Assembly (NCBI GenBank): GCA_046757165.1
Contig: JBHHXT010000007.1
Location: 1 to 63,381 of the forward strand
DNA: 63,381 nucleotides
Direction of reading: 5' to 3'
Origin: a bacterium
Lineage (GTDB): Bacteria; Zhuqueibacterota; Zhuqueibacteria; Oceanimicrobiales; Oceanimicrobiaceae
The notes beneath the pieces are model-generated. The model saw nothing but the letters and a program-made list of their open reading frames with translations, did no database searches and was not told where the DNA came from. A program made the position numbers and the translations under genes. Below, one piece after another: positions 1 to 9,695 of this stretch (positions within the stretch are counted from its first letter, which is position 1; each line of letters opens with the position of its first letter).

Positions 1-52
1 GTGATTTATCCGTACTAAAAGCCGTCAACATTGTGTTTTCTTGGCACAGTTT

Positions 53-125
53 TTCAGTGACCTTCGGTGACTTCAGTGATTTTCGGTGGATGCGAGAATC
101 CGTGTTTACAGTGTAAATCCGTGGC
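53..125. repeat. Periodic (9-10 nt) short repeats, probably right arms of intergenic palindromic elements
   Basis: ttcagtgac-cttcggtgac-ttcagtgat-tttcggtgg (53-89), followed by aatccgtg...aatccgtggc (97-125); complementary arms would lie outside the window. Confidence 0.45.
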
Positions 126-150
126 TAAGATATGTTCTGAAACGTCCAAC

Positions 151-2388
151 CTATTCAGCACTCGGTTTGGCTTGTGTTCGCCTGGGCGCTTTAGCTTTGC
201 CATCGGCGGCCTTCGCTTTTCCATTCGCTTTCTTGCGGGGCGCTGCCCTCTTGCTGACCACCCGCTCGACTTTTTGTTGCGGCTGCCCATTGCGCTCCGC
301 CAGCCTCGCCCAAATCTCGTCCATGATTTCCATCGACCGCAACCCTTCTTCCGGTGAAATGGGCGGCGGCGCCTCGTCGAGGATGCTCTTGTAAAACAAC
401 CGGATGAGGGTTTCGTTGCCCTGGTACATGTTGTATTTGCCAAACACGCCGGCAAAAAGATTCCGAAAGCCGGCGGCGAACAGGGTCTTCGCCTGCGAGA
501 ACGCCATCAGGCTGCGACCGATCACGCGGGGCAGTCGCGGGTTTGGCTTGTCCAGGAACACCGTCTTGTTCAGGAAATCGATCTTGAGCGTCCCCTCCGT
601 GCCGTAGATGTTCAACAAAAGATAGCGCGGCGAAACGGCCATGGACAGGTTGAGCAAGCCAACCATCTCATCATTCTCGAACGTGACGTGCAGCTCGTCG
701 GTCGGCATGTGCGGCACAACGCGGTGGAACTTCGCTTGCACGTTTTGCACAGCGGCGCCTTCCATCACATCACACAGCAGGCTGATCGGGTGCGAGATGA
801 AGTTCTGAAACAGCGAACCGGGCAGGCTGTACACCCAGTTGTCACGCCCTTCGTAAGTCAGGTAGCGGCTCTTGCTGTCCGAGCTGTAGGAGGTGCCATA
901 CCAGCTTTCCAGGTAGCTCACACGGCCAACGGCTCTGGAGGCGAGAAGGTTCCGGGCCTGCACCATGACCTTGTCAAATACATGGTTGTGGTCGACACAG
1001 AGCTTGACCTTGTGGCGTTTGGCGGCGTTGGCCATTCTCCTGGCGTCTCCCGCTGTCGCAGCCATTGGCTTTTCGACAAAGACATGGCAACCTCTTTTCA
1101 TGGCCGCCAGGCTCACCTCGGCATGGCTTTGCGCCGGCGTGCACACATGGACGACGTCCAGCGTCTCGTGTGCGAGCATCTCTTTGTAATCTGCGTACGT
1201 CTTGCCGACGCCGTACTTCTTCGCCACGGACTCCCGCGCCTCTTGCACCGGGTCACAAACAGCGATGACCTCCGCGTTACGCAGTCGTTTCAACGCATCC
1301 AGGTGCGGGGCGCTGACCACGCCGCAGCCCACAATGCCCGCCCTGAGCTTCTTGTTCGATGCGATAGGCACGCGGATGTCATCGTTGCTGAGCTTGCGTT
1401 TTGAGCGGCGCCTCTGCTTGTGCCACAGCATCATTTCGCGCACGCTTTGTCGAAAGTCCTTTTGCGGCTGCCAACCAAGTTCCTTTTTGATTTTGCCATT
1501 CGAATACGAAAACGGTACCGTGCACAAACGCATGTACGAAAGCGGCAGCGGCGAGGACATGCCCACCACGCCCAGCGCTTTATCCGCCGCTTGCGAAACG
1601 AATTTCAGCAAGCCGTAGGGGACGCGAATCGTCGAAAATCCCGGAAGGACGTAACGCCTGATTTCGTTGAAGAATTCGTTCTGCGTCATCGTTTCGTCTT
1701 CGACAACGTTGTACGTCTGGCCGACCGCTTTGTCCTTCTCAATGGCCAAGCCAACCGCTGCAGCAATGCCCTGCACGTGGGAGAGCGGCAGGGGCAGCGT
1801 GCCCTTGCCAACGACCAGATAGCGCTTTCCCCCGGCTGCAAAACCGAGCCTGGAGATAAAAAGCGGGCCGCGTTTGCCAAAGATCGCCGCCGGTCGCAGG
1901 ATGACGGTCGGTAAACTGTGCTGCTCCTGAGCCTGTTTGACCAGGATTTCCGCCTGGATCTTTGTTTTGCAGTAATAGGTTTGCTGCGCTTCTTCGTAGG
2001 CCATTTTTTCGCTGAACTGCGTGCCCGGTGTGGCATGCGAGTGGTCATAGACAATCACAGAGCTGATGAACACAAACCGCCTGACCTTGTTCTTGACGGC
2101 CAGCTCCAATAAGCGCCGGGTGGCTTCGACGTTGACGGCCCGGAAATCGTCCCAGCTTCCACGCAGGGTGGCCGCTGCGTGCACGATGACCTCCGCGCCA
2201 TCGGCCGCGGCTTCAATGGCGGCCGGGTCGTGCAAATCACCGACGATGAGTTCAACCTTCTTTTCCTCCAGGTATTGACGATCGCTGGTGGGGCGAACGA
2301 TGGTGGCCAGCTCGTGTCCTTCTTCGCTCAACAAATCGACCAAATAACGTCCGAGAAACCCGGCCGCGCCGGTGATCAATATTTTCAC
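151..2388 (-). CDS. Fusion of an NAD-dependent epimerase/dehydratase (extended SDR) and a Gfo/Idh/MocA oxidoreductase
   Basis: N-half has TGAAGFLG and YYCKTK (YxxxK); C-half has GIVGCG, VHVCTP and EKPMA. GTG start at 2388 follows an AGGAG SD; the ORF-track start at 2436 overlaps the upstream gene. Confidence 0.85.
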   Translation of the reverse strand: MKILITGAAGFLGRYLVDLLSEEGHELATIVRPTSDRQYLEEKKVELIVGDLHDPAAIEAAADGAEVIVHAAATLRGSWDDFRAVNVEATRRLLELAVKNKVRRFVFISSVIVYDHSHATPGTQFSEKMAYEEAQQTYYCKTKIQAEILVKQAQEQHSLPTVILRPAAIFGKRGPLFISRLGFAAGGKRYLVVGKGTLPLPLSHVQGIAAAVGLAIEKDKAVGQTYNVVEDETMTQNEFFNEIRRYVLPGFSTIRVPYGLLKFVSQAADKALGVVGMSSPLPLSYMRLCTVPFSYSNGKIKKELGWQPQKDFRQSVREMMLWHKQRRRSKRKLSNDDIRVPIASNKKLRAGIVGCGVVSAPHLDALKRLRNAEVIAVCDPVQEARESVAKKYGVGKTYADYKEMLAHETLDVVHVCTPAQSHAEVSLAAMKRGCHVFVEKPMAATAGDARRMANAAKRHKVKLCVDHNHVFDKVMVQARNLLASRAVGRVSYLESWYGTSYSSDSKSRYLTYEGRDNWVYSLPGSLFQNFISHPISLLCDVMEGAAVQNVQAKFHRVVPHMPTDELHVTFENDEMVGLLNLSMAVSPRYLLLNIYGTEGTLKIDFLNKTVFLDKPNPRLPRVIGRSLMAFSQAKTLFAAGFRNLFAGVFGKYNMYQGNETLIRLFYKSILDEAPPPISPEEGLRSMEIMDEIWARLAERNGQPQQKVERVVSKRAAPRKKANGKAKAADGKAKAPRRTQAKPSAE

Positions 2389-2399
2389 ATCAACTCTCC

Positions 2400-4088
2400 T
2401 TAGTTTGTGCCGGAGGCCGGCTCCGGCGTCTCCCAACGATAGATGATAACCGTCTTACGTTTCGTTTTGTAGACCAGCGCCATGTTTTCTTTCACAAACG
2501 TGCGCACCTCGGGTGGCACATAAACGTCGTTCTCAAAACGGTAGCTATCTACCAGCAGCCAGCCCGGGCGTTCTCGCATGAGGCGCCGCACCTGCTCAAT
2601 TTCTTCAATAATATCGGTGCCGCTGTACAGATCGATAAATCGTCCGTCCTGCGCGACGATGTTGTTTTCGTGCGCCAGGTCGCCATTAGACCAGTTCAAG
2701 TTGTAGTCAGCGCGGCCGAGGTAGTACTGCACAGACAGCGGCAGAGTAGACATCAGCAGGTCTTGCTCGCCGACTTTCTCTGCGAGGAAAGCCGCGGCTT
2801 CTTTCCATTCATTGTGGTAGATAGCACCGTTGAAATGGCCGTCCGGCAGGCGGGGGATCTTTTGAGCAAAGCGGAAACCCGGGGTCAGGGGCAGCAAAAG
2901 CAGACAGGCCATCACCAGACCGGGCTCGAGGAAGCCAGTCCGCTTTAGCAGCCTTTTCAAACCGGTGCTCGATAATCGAATGAGCTCACTCAAGGCAACC
3001 CCCGCGAGCAAGAAGAGCACCGGGTAGACGTGGTAAACATAGTCATTCTTCCGGTAGTGGAAAATGAAGCTGAACATCAGGACGGGCACAACCAGGTTGA
3101 CCAGGCTGTAGATGCCCGCTTTGTGCCAGCGCCACAGAACCAGAATGGCGCCAGCGGGAAACAGCACGTAGACCGGAAAATGGGCCGGGGTGAAAATGAA
3201 CTCCAAAATGCGGCAGCGATTCTGGGCGGAGGCCACTTCAGCCCATTTCGGGAGGTAGCCCATGGCGTAGGTGACAAAATCACGGACGGACGGCAGCGTG
3301 GTGGCACCCAGCAAGAAAGGGATGACGACAACCGCCAGGAGCACATATTTTTGCCCCATGCCGAATTCCCGCCAGGATGGAAACGTTGCACTCCTGGTGT
3401 TGCTCCTGGCACGGACAAACGCATGCAGCCCCATCAACACGACGAAGACGATGAAACTGAAAAGAAACAGACCGGCATTCTGGTGCGAGGTGTAGCTCAG
3501 AAACAAAAAAAATCCGCCTGTGAACAAAAGCGGGGGATTGATCTGCCAGTTGCGGATGAGAGTTCTTAGCCAGCCAGTTGCACTGGCTGGCCTCTGCACC
3601 TTCTCGTTTGAACCCTCCCGGGCCGCCTCGAACCCGCGGTAGAATAGATACATGCCCAGCAGAAAAAGCAACTGCAAGAGGGCATACATCCGGCAGGCAC
3701 GTGACCAGCCGACTTCAAAGGGCGCACAAGTCAGGAAAACGGCAGCGAACAGGCCGGTACGTACGTCGAACCATTTGCGGCCAATGTAATAGATCAGCGG
3801 GATGGACAAAATACCGAAAATGGCCGAGGGCAGGCGGCTGGAAAACTCTGAGACCCCGAGAACCTTGTACGAGGCCACCAGCGAATAGGTCAGCAGCGGC
3901 GTTCGGGGGTAGGCGTAGCCAGAGGCCAGCAGCGGTTCCCCGACCCGGATCCTGGACTTCGCGGCTTCGACAAAATCGAGCTCATCAACCCAGAAGCTGG
4001 AAAGACCGAGATTGTGCAAGCGCAAGTAGCTGCCAAATGCGACCGTCAAGACGAGAACGAAGAGATAGATTCTGTTGTTTGTTTCCAT
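2400..4088 (-). CDS. GT-C fold membrane glycosyltransferase (GT39/ArnT/PMT-like)
   Basis: SFWVDE motif after the first TM helix, SEFSSRLPSAIFG, SRACRMY, many TM segments and a soluble C-terminal domain. Confidence 0.85.
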   Translation of the reverse strand: METNNRIYLFVLVLTVAFGSYLRLHNLGLSSFWVDELDFVEAAKSRIRVGEPLLASGYAYPRTPLLTYSLVASYKVLGVSEFSSRLPSAIFGILSIPLIYYIGRKWFDVRTGLFAAVFLTCAPFEVGWSRACRMYALLQLLFLLGMYLFYRGFEAAREGSNEKVQRPASATGWLRTLIRNWQINPPLLFTGGFFLFLSYTSHQNAGLFLFSFIVFVVLMGLHAFVRARSNTRSATFPSWREFGMGQKYVLLAVVVIPFLLGATTLPSVRDFVTYAMGYLPKWAEVASAQNRCRILEFIFTPAHFPVYVLFPAGAILVLWRWHKAGIYSLVNLVVPVLMFSFIFHYRKNDYVYHVYPVLFLLAGVALSELIRLSSTGLKRLLKRTGFLEPGLVMACLLLLPLTPGFRFAQKIPRLPDGHFNGAIYHNEWKEAAAFLAEKVGEQDLLMSTLPLSVQYYLGRADYNLNWSNGDLAHENNIVAQDGRFIDLYSGTDIIEEIEQVRRLMRERPGWLLVDSYRFENDVYVPPEVRTFVKENMALVYKTKRKTVIIYRWETPEPASGTN

Positions 4089-4094
4089 CCGGGA

Positions 4095-5075
4095 TCAGTC
4101 CTCGGGTGACTTCGCGGTTTGACCCTCCGCGGGTTTCTCCGTCGCAGGCGTGCCCCCTGCGCGCCGGTTTTTCACCGCTTTCAGCCCCTTCCAAAACCCG
4201 ACCGTGTAGGCAATCAACCCCGGAAAGATCAGAGGATAAAGCCCCCAGAACTGCAAGAATAATCCTTTGTCGTGTTTGAAGAATCTGTGTGCAATCAGCA
4301 GCGTGCGGGCAAACGGAATGAGGGGAATCAACGCCGGGACTTTGACCAGCACGCCGCCCACCTGATCTTCCATGGTTCGGACCTGCGCGCCACCGTAGCC
4401 AATATCGTACTGGTTCTTCAGAACTTTGCGCACAGAGGTGCGGTTGTGATGCTTGACCGTGATGCCATGATGGAAATAGATCGTCTCTCCGAGCAAATTC
4501 AACTTGCGGCAGAAGAGCGCATCGCTGCCCTTGATGGTGTCTTCTATCTTGCCAATCTTGTCGAAGACTGCGCGTTTGAAGGAAATATTGCAGGTCGGGA
4601 TAAAGCGCACCTTCCCCTCCGGCATGGCCGGGACCAGCTCGCTGAACTCCAGCAAGTATTCTGCAGTACCGACAAAACTGCGCGGCGTGCCGTTCGCAAC
4701 CGGCCCCCCGGCGACGTTCTTGCCGTTTTTCTGCAGCTCGATGATGTTCGAAATCCAGGTCTCACTCGCCTCGCAGTCGGTATCGATGAAGGCGATGACC
4801 TTGCCTTTGGCTTTGGAGATGCCGTACGTCCGTGCCGTCCCCGGATAGGCGCGCTCGTCGAGGTGGTACGTCCGCACGAATGAGAAATTTTTTCTCAAGA
4901 ATGGCGTCGGGTCCTCAGCCGAGCTGTCCACGACGATGACCTCCACATCAGGCCGTTGGACTTGCTTTCGGATGGATTCGAGGCAGCGCGGCAGCCACGC
5001 TTTTGAATTGTAGGACGGGATGACAATCGACAAAAAGACGTCCTTTTCTTTTTTCGACAGTCTTTTACGTGCCAT
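4095..5075 (-). CDS. Glycosyltransferase family 2
   Basis: SIVIPSYN, VIVVDSS, AFIDTDC (DxD), hydrophobic C-terminus. Confidence 0.9.
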   Translation of the reverse strand: MARKRLSKKEKDVFLSIVIPSYNSKAWLPRCLESIRKQVQRPDVEVIVVDSSAEDPTPFLRKNFSFVRTYHLDERAYPGTARTYGISKAKGKVIAFIDTDCEASETWISNIIELQKNGKNVAGGPVANGTPRSFVGTAEYLLEFSELVPAMPEGKVRFIPTCNISFKRAVFDKIGKIEDTIKGSDALFCRKLNLLGETIYFHHGITVKHHNRTSVRKVLKNQYDIGYGGAQVRTMEDQVGGVLVKVPALIPLIPFARTLLIAHRFFKHDKGLFLQFWGLYPLIFPGLIAYTVGFWKGLKAVKNRRAGGTPATEKPAEGQTAKSPED

Positions 5076-6081
5076 TTCTCGAGTACTTGTGCAAATGTTC
5101 CTGATAGAAGTCTGCCGTCATTTGTACGCCGCTTTCCAGGTCGACGCTCGGCTCCCAACCGAGGGCCTCATGGATCTTTTCATAGGTCACGACGAACCGC
5201 TTGATGTCGATGGCTTCGCGTGTCTTCGGGAATGGAATATGGGTGTATTCTCCTTTGCCGACCGAGCGGATCACGGCCTTGACCATATCGAGGAAAACCG
5301 TCTCAACCCCGGAGCCAACGAAGAAGACCTCGCCATTCGCCCTGTCTGAAATCGCCACGCGGATAAAGGCGTCGACAACGTCGGAGATGTAGACGTAGTC
5401 ACGCGTCTGCCGGCCTTCGCCGTACACGGTGATGGTCTTGCCCTGCAGTGCATTGGCCATGAACCAATTCAAGATGCCATAAAAGCCGGCATGCATCTGG
5501 CACCGCGGCCCGTAGACATTGTTCAGTCGCAAAGAGACCACTGGAAAGTTGTAGAGTTTGCTGTACAGAAACAGGTACTGCTCCGCGGCCATTTTGTTGA
5601 TGCCATAGACATCGGTCGGATTCTGTGGGTGTTTCTCGTCAACGGGCATGTAGACCGGCTCGCCGATCTGGCCGCGCGAGCCCGCAAAGATGACTTTCAC
5701 GCCACGGTCATTTTGGCGGCAGGCTTCGAGCAGATTGAGCGTGCCCGTGCAGTTGATTTCCGTGTCCAGCTCCGGCTGCTCGATGGAGATTACCCGTCCG
5801 ACCTGGGCGGCCATGTGGAAGACGAAATCTTTGCCCGCCACCAGCTCCACGAGTTGCCCACGGTTCCGCACATCGCCCTTCAAAAATTGCACCGCGTGCC
5901 GGATTTCCTCGATATTGGCAGGGTTCCAGCCATACGGCTCGAGGCAGGCATCCAGAATCGTCACCCTCGCGCCAAGCTCGACGCAGCGATGCGCAATATT
6001 GCTGCCGATAAACCCGAGACCCCCGGTGATCAGAACGTTCTTTCCATTCAGAGCAGAGGTGTCAAAATCTCGCTTCCTCAA
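5065..6081 (-). CDS. NAD-dependent nucleotide-sugar epimerase/dehydratase
   Basis: ITGGLGFIG, YGINK (YxxxK), NVYGPR; probable TTG start overlapping the upstream stop (TTGA). Confidence 0.85.
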   Translation of the reverse strand: MRKRDFDTSALNGKNVLITGGLGFIGSNIAHRCVELGARVTILDACLEPYGWNPANIEEIRHAVQFLKGDVRNRGQLVELVAGKDFVFHMAAQVGRVISIEQPELDTEINCTGTLNLLEACRQNDRGVKVIFAGSRGQIGEPVYMPVDEKHPQNPTDVYGINKMAAEQYLFLYSKLYNFPVVSLRLNNVYGPRCQMHAGFYGILNWFMANALQGKTITVYGEGRQTRDYVYISDVVDAFIRVAISDRANGEVFFVGSGVETVFLDMVKAVIRSVGKGEYTHIPFPKTREAIDIKRFVVTYEKIHEALGWEPSVDLESGVQMTADFYQEHLHKYSRNGT

Positions 6082-7262
6082 TTCAGCATCTCCCGGATTA
6101 CAGTGTCCAGTCGTTTCGAAAAGATGTCCAAAGTACAATTCTTCCTGTACACCTCGTGGCCGTCCTTGCCGATGCGCTCTCTCAACTCCCGGTCATCGCG
6201 CAGTTTGAGAATCGCATCGGCGATGGCCTGCGGATTGGCGCGCTCCACCAGCAGGGCACTCTTGCCATCCTCGAGCAGCTCCTGCACCGGCTCATTCCTG
6301 GCCGTGATCAAAGGCTTGCCAACGGCGATGGATTCTATCACTTTGTTGGTCAGGACGCGCAGGGTTCTGGGGTTCTCGCCGAAGATGCCCAGGCACGCCT
6401 GCGCTCGTGACATGTAATCCGCCAGCTCTTCGTACGGTACCCACTCGATGAAGGTGCAATTGCGTAGCTTCAAGTCACGCGCGACCTGCATGTTCCGTTC
6501 ATAAGTGATGCCGCGGCCAATAATTTGGAAGTGTACGTTTTCGTCACGCAGCAGATCCGCGGCGCGCAGGATGTATTGCACACCGTGAAAGGGGGCATAT
6601 TCGCCATGAAAGTGGACCAGGAATGTTCCGTTGGCCGGTTCGTTCCTCGAGGGGCTGTCCGCCCTGTTCATTTCATGGGGACGACTCCCGTTTTCGGGAG
6701 AATGACCGGGCGCGACGCCCGTGCCGTTTCTTTGCGCCACCACCGTGTCGTCTGTGGCCAGAAAGATATGAAAAAACTTCTTCTCCGGAATCCCGAATTT
6801 CCTGGCGTAATCCCGAATATGGTCGCGCGTCTCCAGGATAATTCGGTCCGCCAATCTCATGGAAAGGGTGTCCGACCAGAAAAAGAAGCGGGCCAGCAGG
6901 CTGCGCTCGCCGCCCTTGCCGCGGTCGTGCACCATGGTGTCGTAGGTCGAAATGTAAACATCATACAAAAGGGGTTTGCGCGTCATAAGCCAGACGAACG
7001 GGAACAGAAGCTGGCCGTAAAAACCGACCACGACCAGGTCGCAGCCGCGTTTCTTCCACAGGAATTGCCAGAGCAGCTTCGGGTAATGTTTGAACGCTCT
7101 GTCCGGCGGCAGGCAGGTCACCACTTCGTAGCCGGCTTTTTGCAGGCCTTGCATGAGGATATGGGTGCGGGAATAGCTGGCCTCCCGCCCGGCAATGTAA
7201 CAGATCCTTCTGTTTTTATTTTTTGTTCGACTCAAGGCTGTTGGCTTTGAGATTGGTGACAA
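6078..7262 (-). CDS. Glycosyltransferase family 4 (GT-B)
   Basis: FHGEYAPFHG, WVPYEEL, NKVIESIAVGKPLIT; contains a low-complexity insertion; start uncertain. Confidence 0.85.
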   Translation of the reverse strand: MSPISKPTALSRTKNKNRRICYIAGREASYSRTHILMQGLQKAGYEVVTCLPPDRAFKHYPKLLWQFLWKKRGCDLVVVGFYGQLLFPFVWLMTRKPLLYDVYISTYDTMVHDRGKGGERSLLARFFFWSDTLSMRLADRIILETRDHIRDYARKFGIPEKKFFHIFLATDDTVVAQRNGTGVAPGHSPENGSRPHEMNRADSPSRNEPANGTFLVHFHGEYAPFHGVQYILRAADLLRDENVHFQIIGRGITYERNMQVARDLKLRNCTFIEWVPYEELADYMSRAQACLGIFGENPRTLRVLTNKVIESIAVGKPLITARNEPVQELLEDGKSALLVERANPQAIADAILKLRDDRELRERIGKDGHEVYRKNCTLDIFSKRLDTVIREMLN

Positions 7263-7330
7263 GGTTATTTATCATCTCTTGTTGCTTGTTTAACTGATCC
7301 TTAGGCCGGAACCAAGAATATTTCCGCCAA

Positions 7331-7418
7331 AATTGAGCGATTCTTGACCGAGGGGGTCGGTGTACAAGCTTCAGCTTGCCGGGGTGGGGGGAAAACACGC
7401 TAAAGCGTGAACACCCCT
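7331..7418. repeat. REP-like imperfect palindromic element, copy 1
   Basis: Highly similar to 8583-8668; internal inverted repeat ggtgtacaagcttcagcttg ... cacgctaaagcgtgaacacc. Confidence 0.8.
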
Positions 7419-7526
7419 GATTCTGAACCCCTTGAAAAGTTTTGAAAAGAATCCGTATGATTACGTCATCAGTTTCCCTGAGTTGAGCAAATCCAAGAGG
7501 TGTACACAGTTGCAAACTGTGTCGGC

Positions 7527-8528
7527 TCACTGTTTCTCGACGCTGCGCGGATGCACCCCGGTTTGGGTGGCCAGGCCATTCGCCTGGGATTCTCCAATTT
7601 CCAGCTTTTTCACGCGATACTGCGTGTCCTCGATCAGGCGGCGATTCCCACGAATCAGATCGGCCAGCAGCCCGATCATGATGACCTGAAAGCCGATGAG
7701 CATCAAAACCGCCGACAGAATCAGGGATTGAATGTGCCCGCCACCGTCTCCGATCAAGTAGAAGTAGAGAAATCTGGACGACACCAGAAGGCCAGTCAAA
7801 AAGATGCCGGCGCCGACCATGGAAAACGTCTTGAGTGGCTCATACATGGTATAGATGCGAAAAATGGTCGCCGCCGAGCGCTTGATATACCTTGGAATAC
7901 TCCCGAAAAGGCGCGACTCGCGCAGCTTCTCGTTGGTCTTGACCGGCACATGGGTGATGGCGATGTTGCTCTTGCCCGCCTGAATAATCGTTTCCAGCGT
8001 ATAGGTAAACCCGGAAATCACGTTGAGCCGCAGCGCGGCCTCGCGGCTAAACGCCCGGAATCCGCTCGTGGTGTCCGGAATCTCAGTGCCCGAGACATGC
8101 TGCACGACCCAGCTTCCGAGCACCTGCAGCCGCTTCTTCAGAAACGAGAAATGCGGAATGCCATTCACCTGCCGGTCTCCGACGACCATATCCGCCTGCC
8201 CGGACAGGATGGGGGCAATCAGATCCTTGATGCTGTCAGCGTTGTACTGGTTGTCGCCGTCGGTGTTCACGATGATGTCGGCGCCCAGTCTCAGACAGGC
8301 GTCGAGACCGGTCATGAATGCCTCGGCCAGTCCCTTATTATTTCTGTGGCGCACGACATGATCGATGCCGAGCTCGCGGGCAACCGCGGTCGTTCGGTCT
8401 GTGCTGCCGTCATCGATGATCAGGGTCTCGATCTCGTCGATGCCCTCGATCTGTTTCGGCAAGTCTTTGATCGTCAGGGGCAAAGTGCCTTCTTCGTTCA
8501 GGCAGGGTATTTGGATAATCAGTTTCAA
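7527..8528 (-). CDS. Glycosyltransferase family 2 (DPM/DPG synthase-like, with C-terminal TM helices)
   Basis: IQIPCLNEE, IDDGSTD, NTDGDNQY, DTTSGFRA. Confidence 0.9.
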   Translation of the reverse strand: MKLIIQIPCLNEEGTLPLTIKDLPKQIEGIDEIETLIIDDGSTDRTTAVARELGIDHVVRHRNNKGLAEAFMTGLDACLRLGADIIVNTDGDNQYNADSIKDLIAPILSGQADMVVGDRQVNGIPHFSFLKKRLQVLGSWVVQHVSGTEIPDTTSGFRAFSREAALRLNVISGFTYTLETIIQAGKSNIAITHVPVKTNEKLRESRLFGSIPRYIKRSAATIFRIYTMYEPLKTFSMVGAGIFLTGLLVSSRFLYFYLIGDGGGHIQSLILSAVLMLIGFQVIMIGLLADLIRGNRRLIEDTQYRVKKLEIGESQANGLATQTGVHPRSVEKQ

Positions 8529-8582
8529 TTCGATTGCTTACTATCTATTGATCGTTCATGGATTGCGCTAGCTCGTATCCTT

Positions 8583-8668
8583 AATTGAGCGATTCCTGAC
8601 CGGGGTGTTCGGTGTACGAGCTTCAGCATGCTGGGTGAGGGGAAACACGCTAAAGCTTGAACACCCCT
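8583..8668. repeat. REP-like imperfect palindromic element, copy 2
   Basis: aattgagcgattcctgaccggggtgttcggtgtacgagcttcagcatgc...aaacacgctaaagcttgaacacccct; direct repeat of 7331-7418. Confidence 0.8.
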
Positions 8669-8690
8669 ATGTATGTCAATAGCCAAACAG

Positions 8691-9692
8691 CTACTCCAAA
8701 ATCTCCTCAATCGTATATTCCTTAATCTCCTTTGCATGCGTGAAAATGATCATCTCTCCAATGAGCCCGATCGAAATCATCTGAATTCCAATGACCAGCA
8801 GCAGTGCCCCGAGCAGCAGCAGCGGCCGGCCTGCGATCGGCCCAAACTGCAGCAGCCGGTAGAAGAAGAGATAAACATTCATCCCCGCTCCGATCAGGGT
8901 AAAAATCAACCCGATAAATCCGAGAAAATGCAGCGGCTTCTTGGAGTAGTTGGTCAGAAAAAAAACGGTGACGATATCCAGCAGCCGCTGGATGTACTCG
9001 GTGAAGTATTTCGATTGCCGGAACTCGCCGGGAAGCTGCTCGATTTTCATATCGCTGACTTTGAACCCCTTGCGGTCAGCCAGAATCGGCAGGAAAATAT
9101 TCAGGTTGCCGTAGAGCGGGATATCGGTGAGCACTTCGCGCCTGGCGGCAAACACGCCGCTGTTGACGTCATGAAAGGATTTCTTGGAAACCCATTTGAT
9201 CAAAATATTGAACCAGCGGGAAATCACCTGATTCAGGACCGAATCCCGGCGAGGATGGCGCCAGCCCATGACCAGGTCGCAGCCCTCGTCCAGCTTTGCG
9301 ATCAGGTTTGGCAATTGGGCCGCGTTGATTCGGACGCGGGTGGTGAAGAAGACGATTTGCTCACCTCTCGCCTGTTTGAAGCCGGCGTCAAAGGCAGCAG
9401 ATTCGCCAAAAGAGGAGCGCATGCGAATGAGCCGGACCCGTTCGTCGTCTTGCGCGATTTTCTTGAGCGCGCTCCAGGTGCCATCGAGGCTGCCATCGTC
9501 CACAAAAATGAGCTCGTAAGTTTCTCCTGTCTGCCCGAGTCCGGTGGTGAGCGCATCGTAAACGCCCTCGAGCTCTTGCGCCTGATTCTTGACGGCGATG
9601 ATCACCGAAGCTTTCACCTTCGTCCGGGCGTGGTTCCCTCTACTGTTGCCGTCTTGAACCTTTGTCTTGTCTGTCGTGATTTGCTCTTGCAT
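8691..9692 (-). CDS. ArnC/GtrB-like GT2 with a degenerate DxD region
   Basis: VDDGSLD, SFGESAA, DLVMGWR and two C-terminal TMs; the expected DxDLQND is replaced by TTRVRIN. Confidence 0.8.
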   Translation of the reverse strand: MQEQITTDKTKVQDGNSRGNHARTKVKASVIIAVKNQAQELEGVYDALTTGLGQTGETYELIFVDDGSLDGTWSALKKIAQDDERVRLIRMRSSFGESAAFDAGFKQARGEQIVFFTTRVRINAAQLPNLIAKLDEGCDLVMGWRHPRRDSVLNQVISRWFNILIKWVSKKSFHDVNSGVFAARREVLTDIPLYGNLNIFLPILADRKGFKVSDMKIEQLPGEFRQSKYFTEYIQRLLDIVTVFFLTNYSKKPLHFLGFIGLIFTLIGAGMNVYLFFYRLLQFGPIAGRPLLLLGALLLVIGIQMISIGLIGEMIIFTHAKEIKEYTIEEILE

Positions 9693-9695
9693 TCC

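Noticed and set aside
42..56. Plus-strand TGGCACAGTTTTTCA resembling a sigma-54 promoter
   Set aside because: The -12 element lacks the conserved G, and it points into the 3' end of a convergent gene with no plus-strand gene downstream
7331..8668. Possible CRISPR or attC-type array
   Set aside because: Only two copies 1.25 kb apart, with no spacers, cas genes or integrase in the window
7216..8737. Short ORFs 7216-7530 and 8525-8737 sharing the peptide LKLVHRxPRSxIAQ
   Set aside because: The shared peptide is simply the translation of the duplicated DNA repeat; no other coding signal
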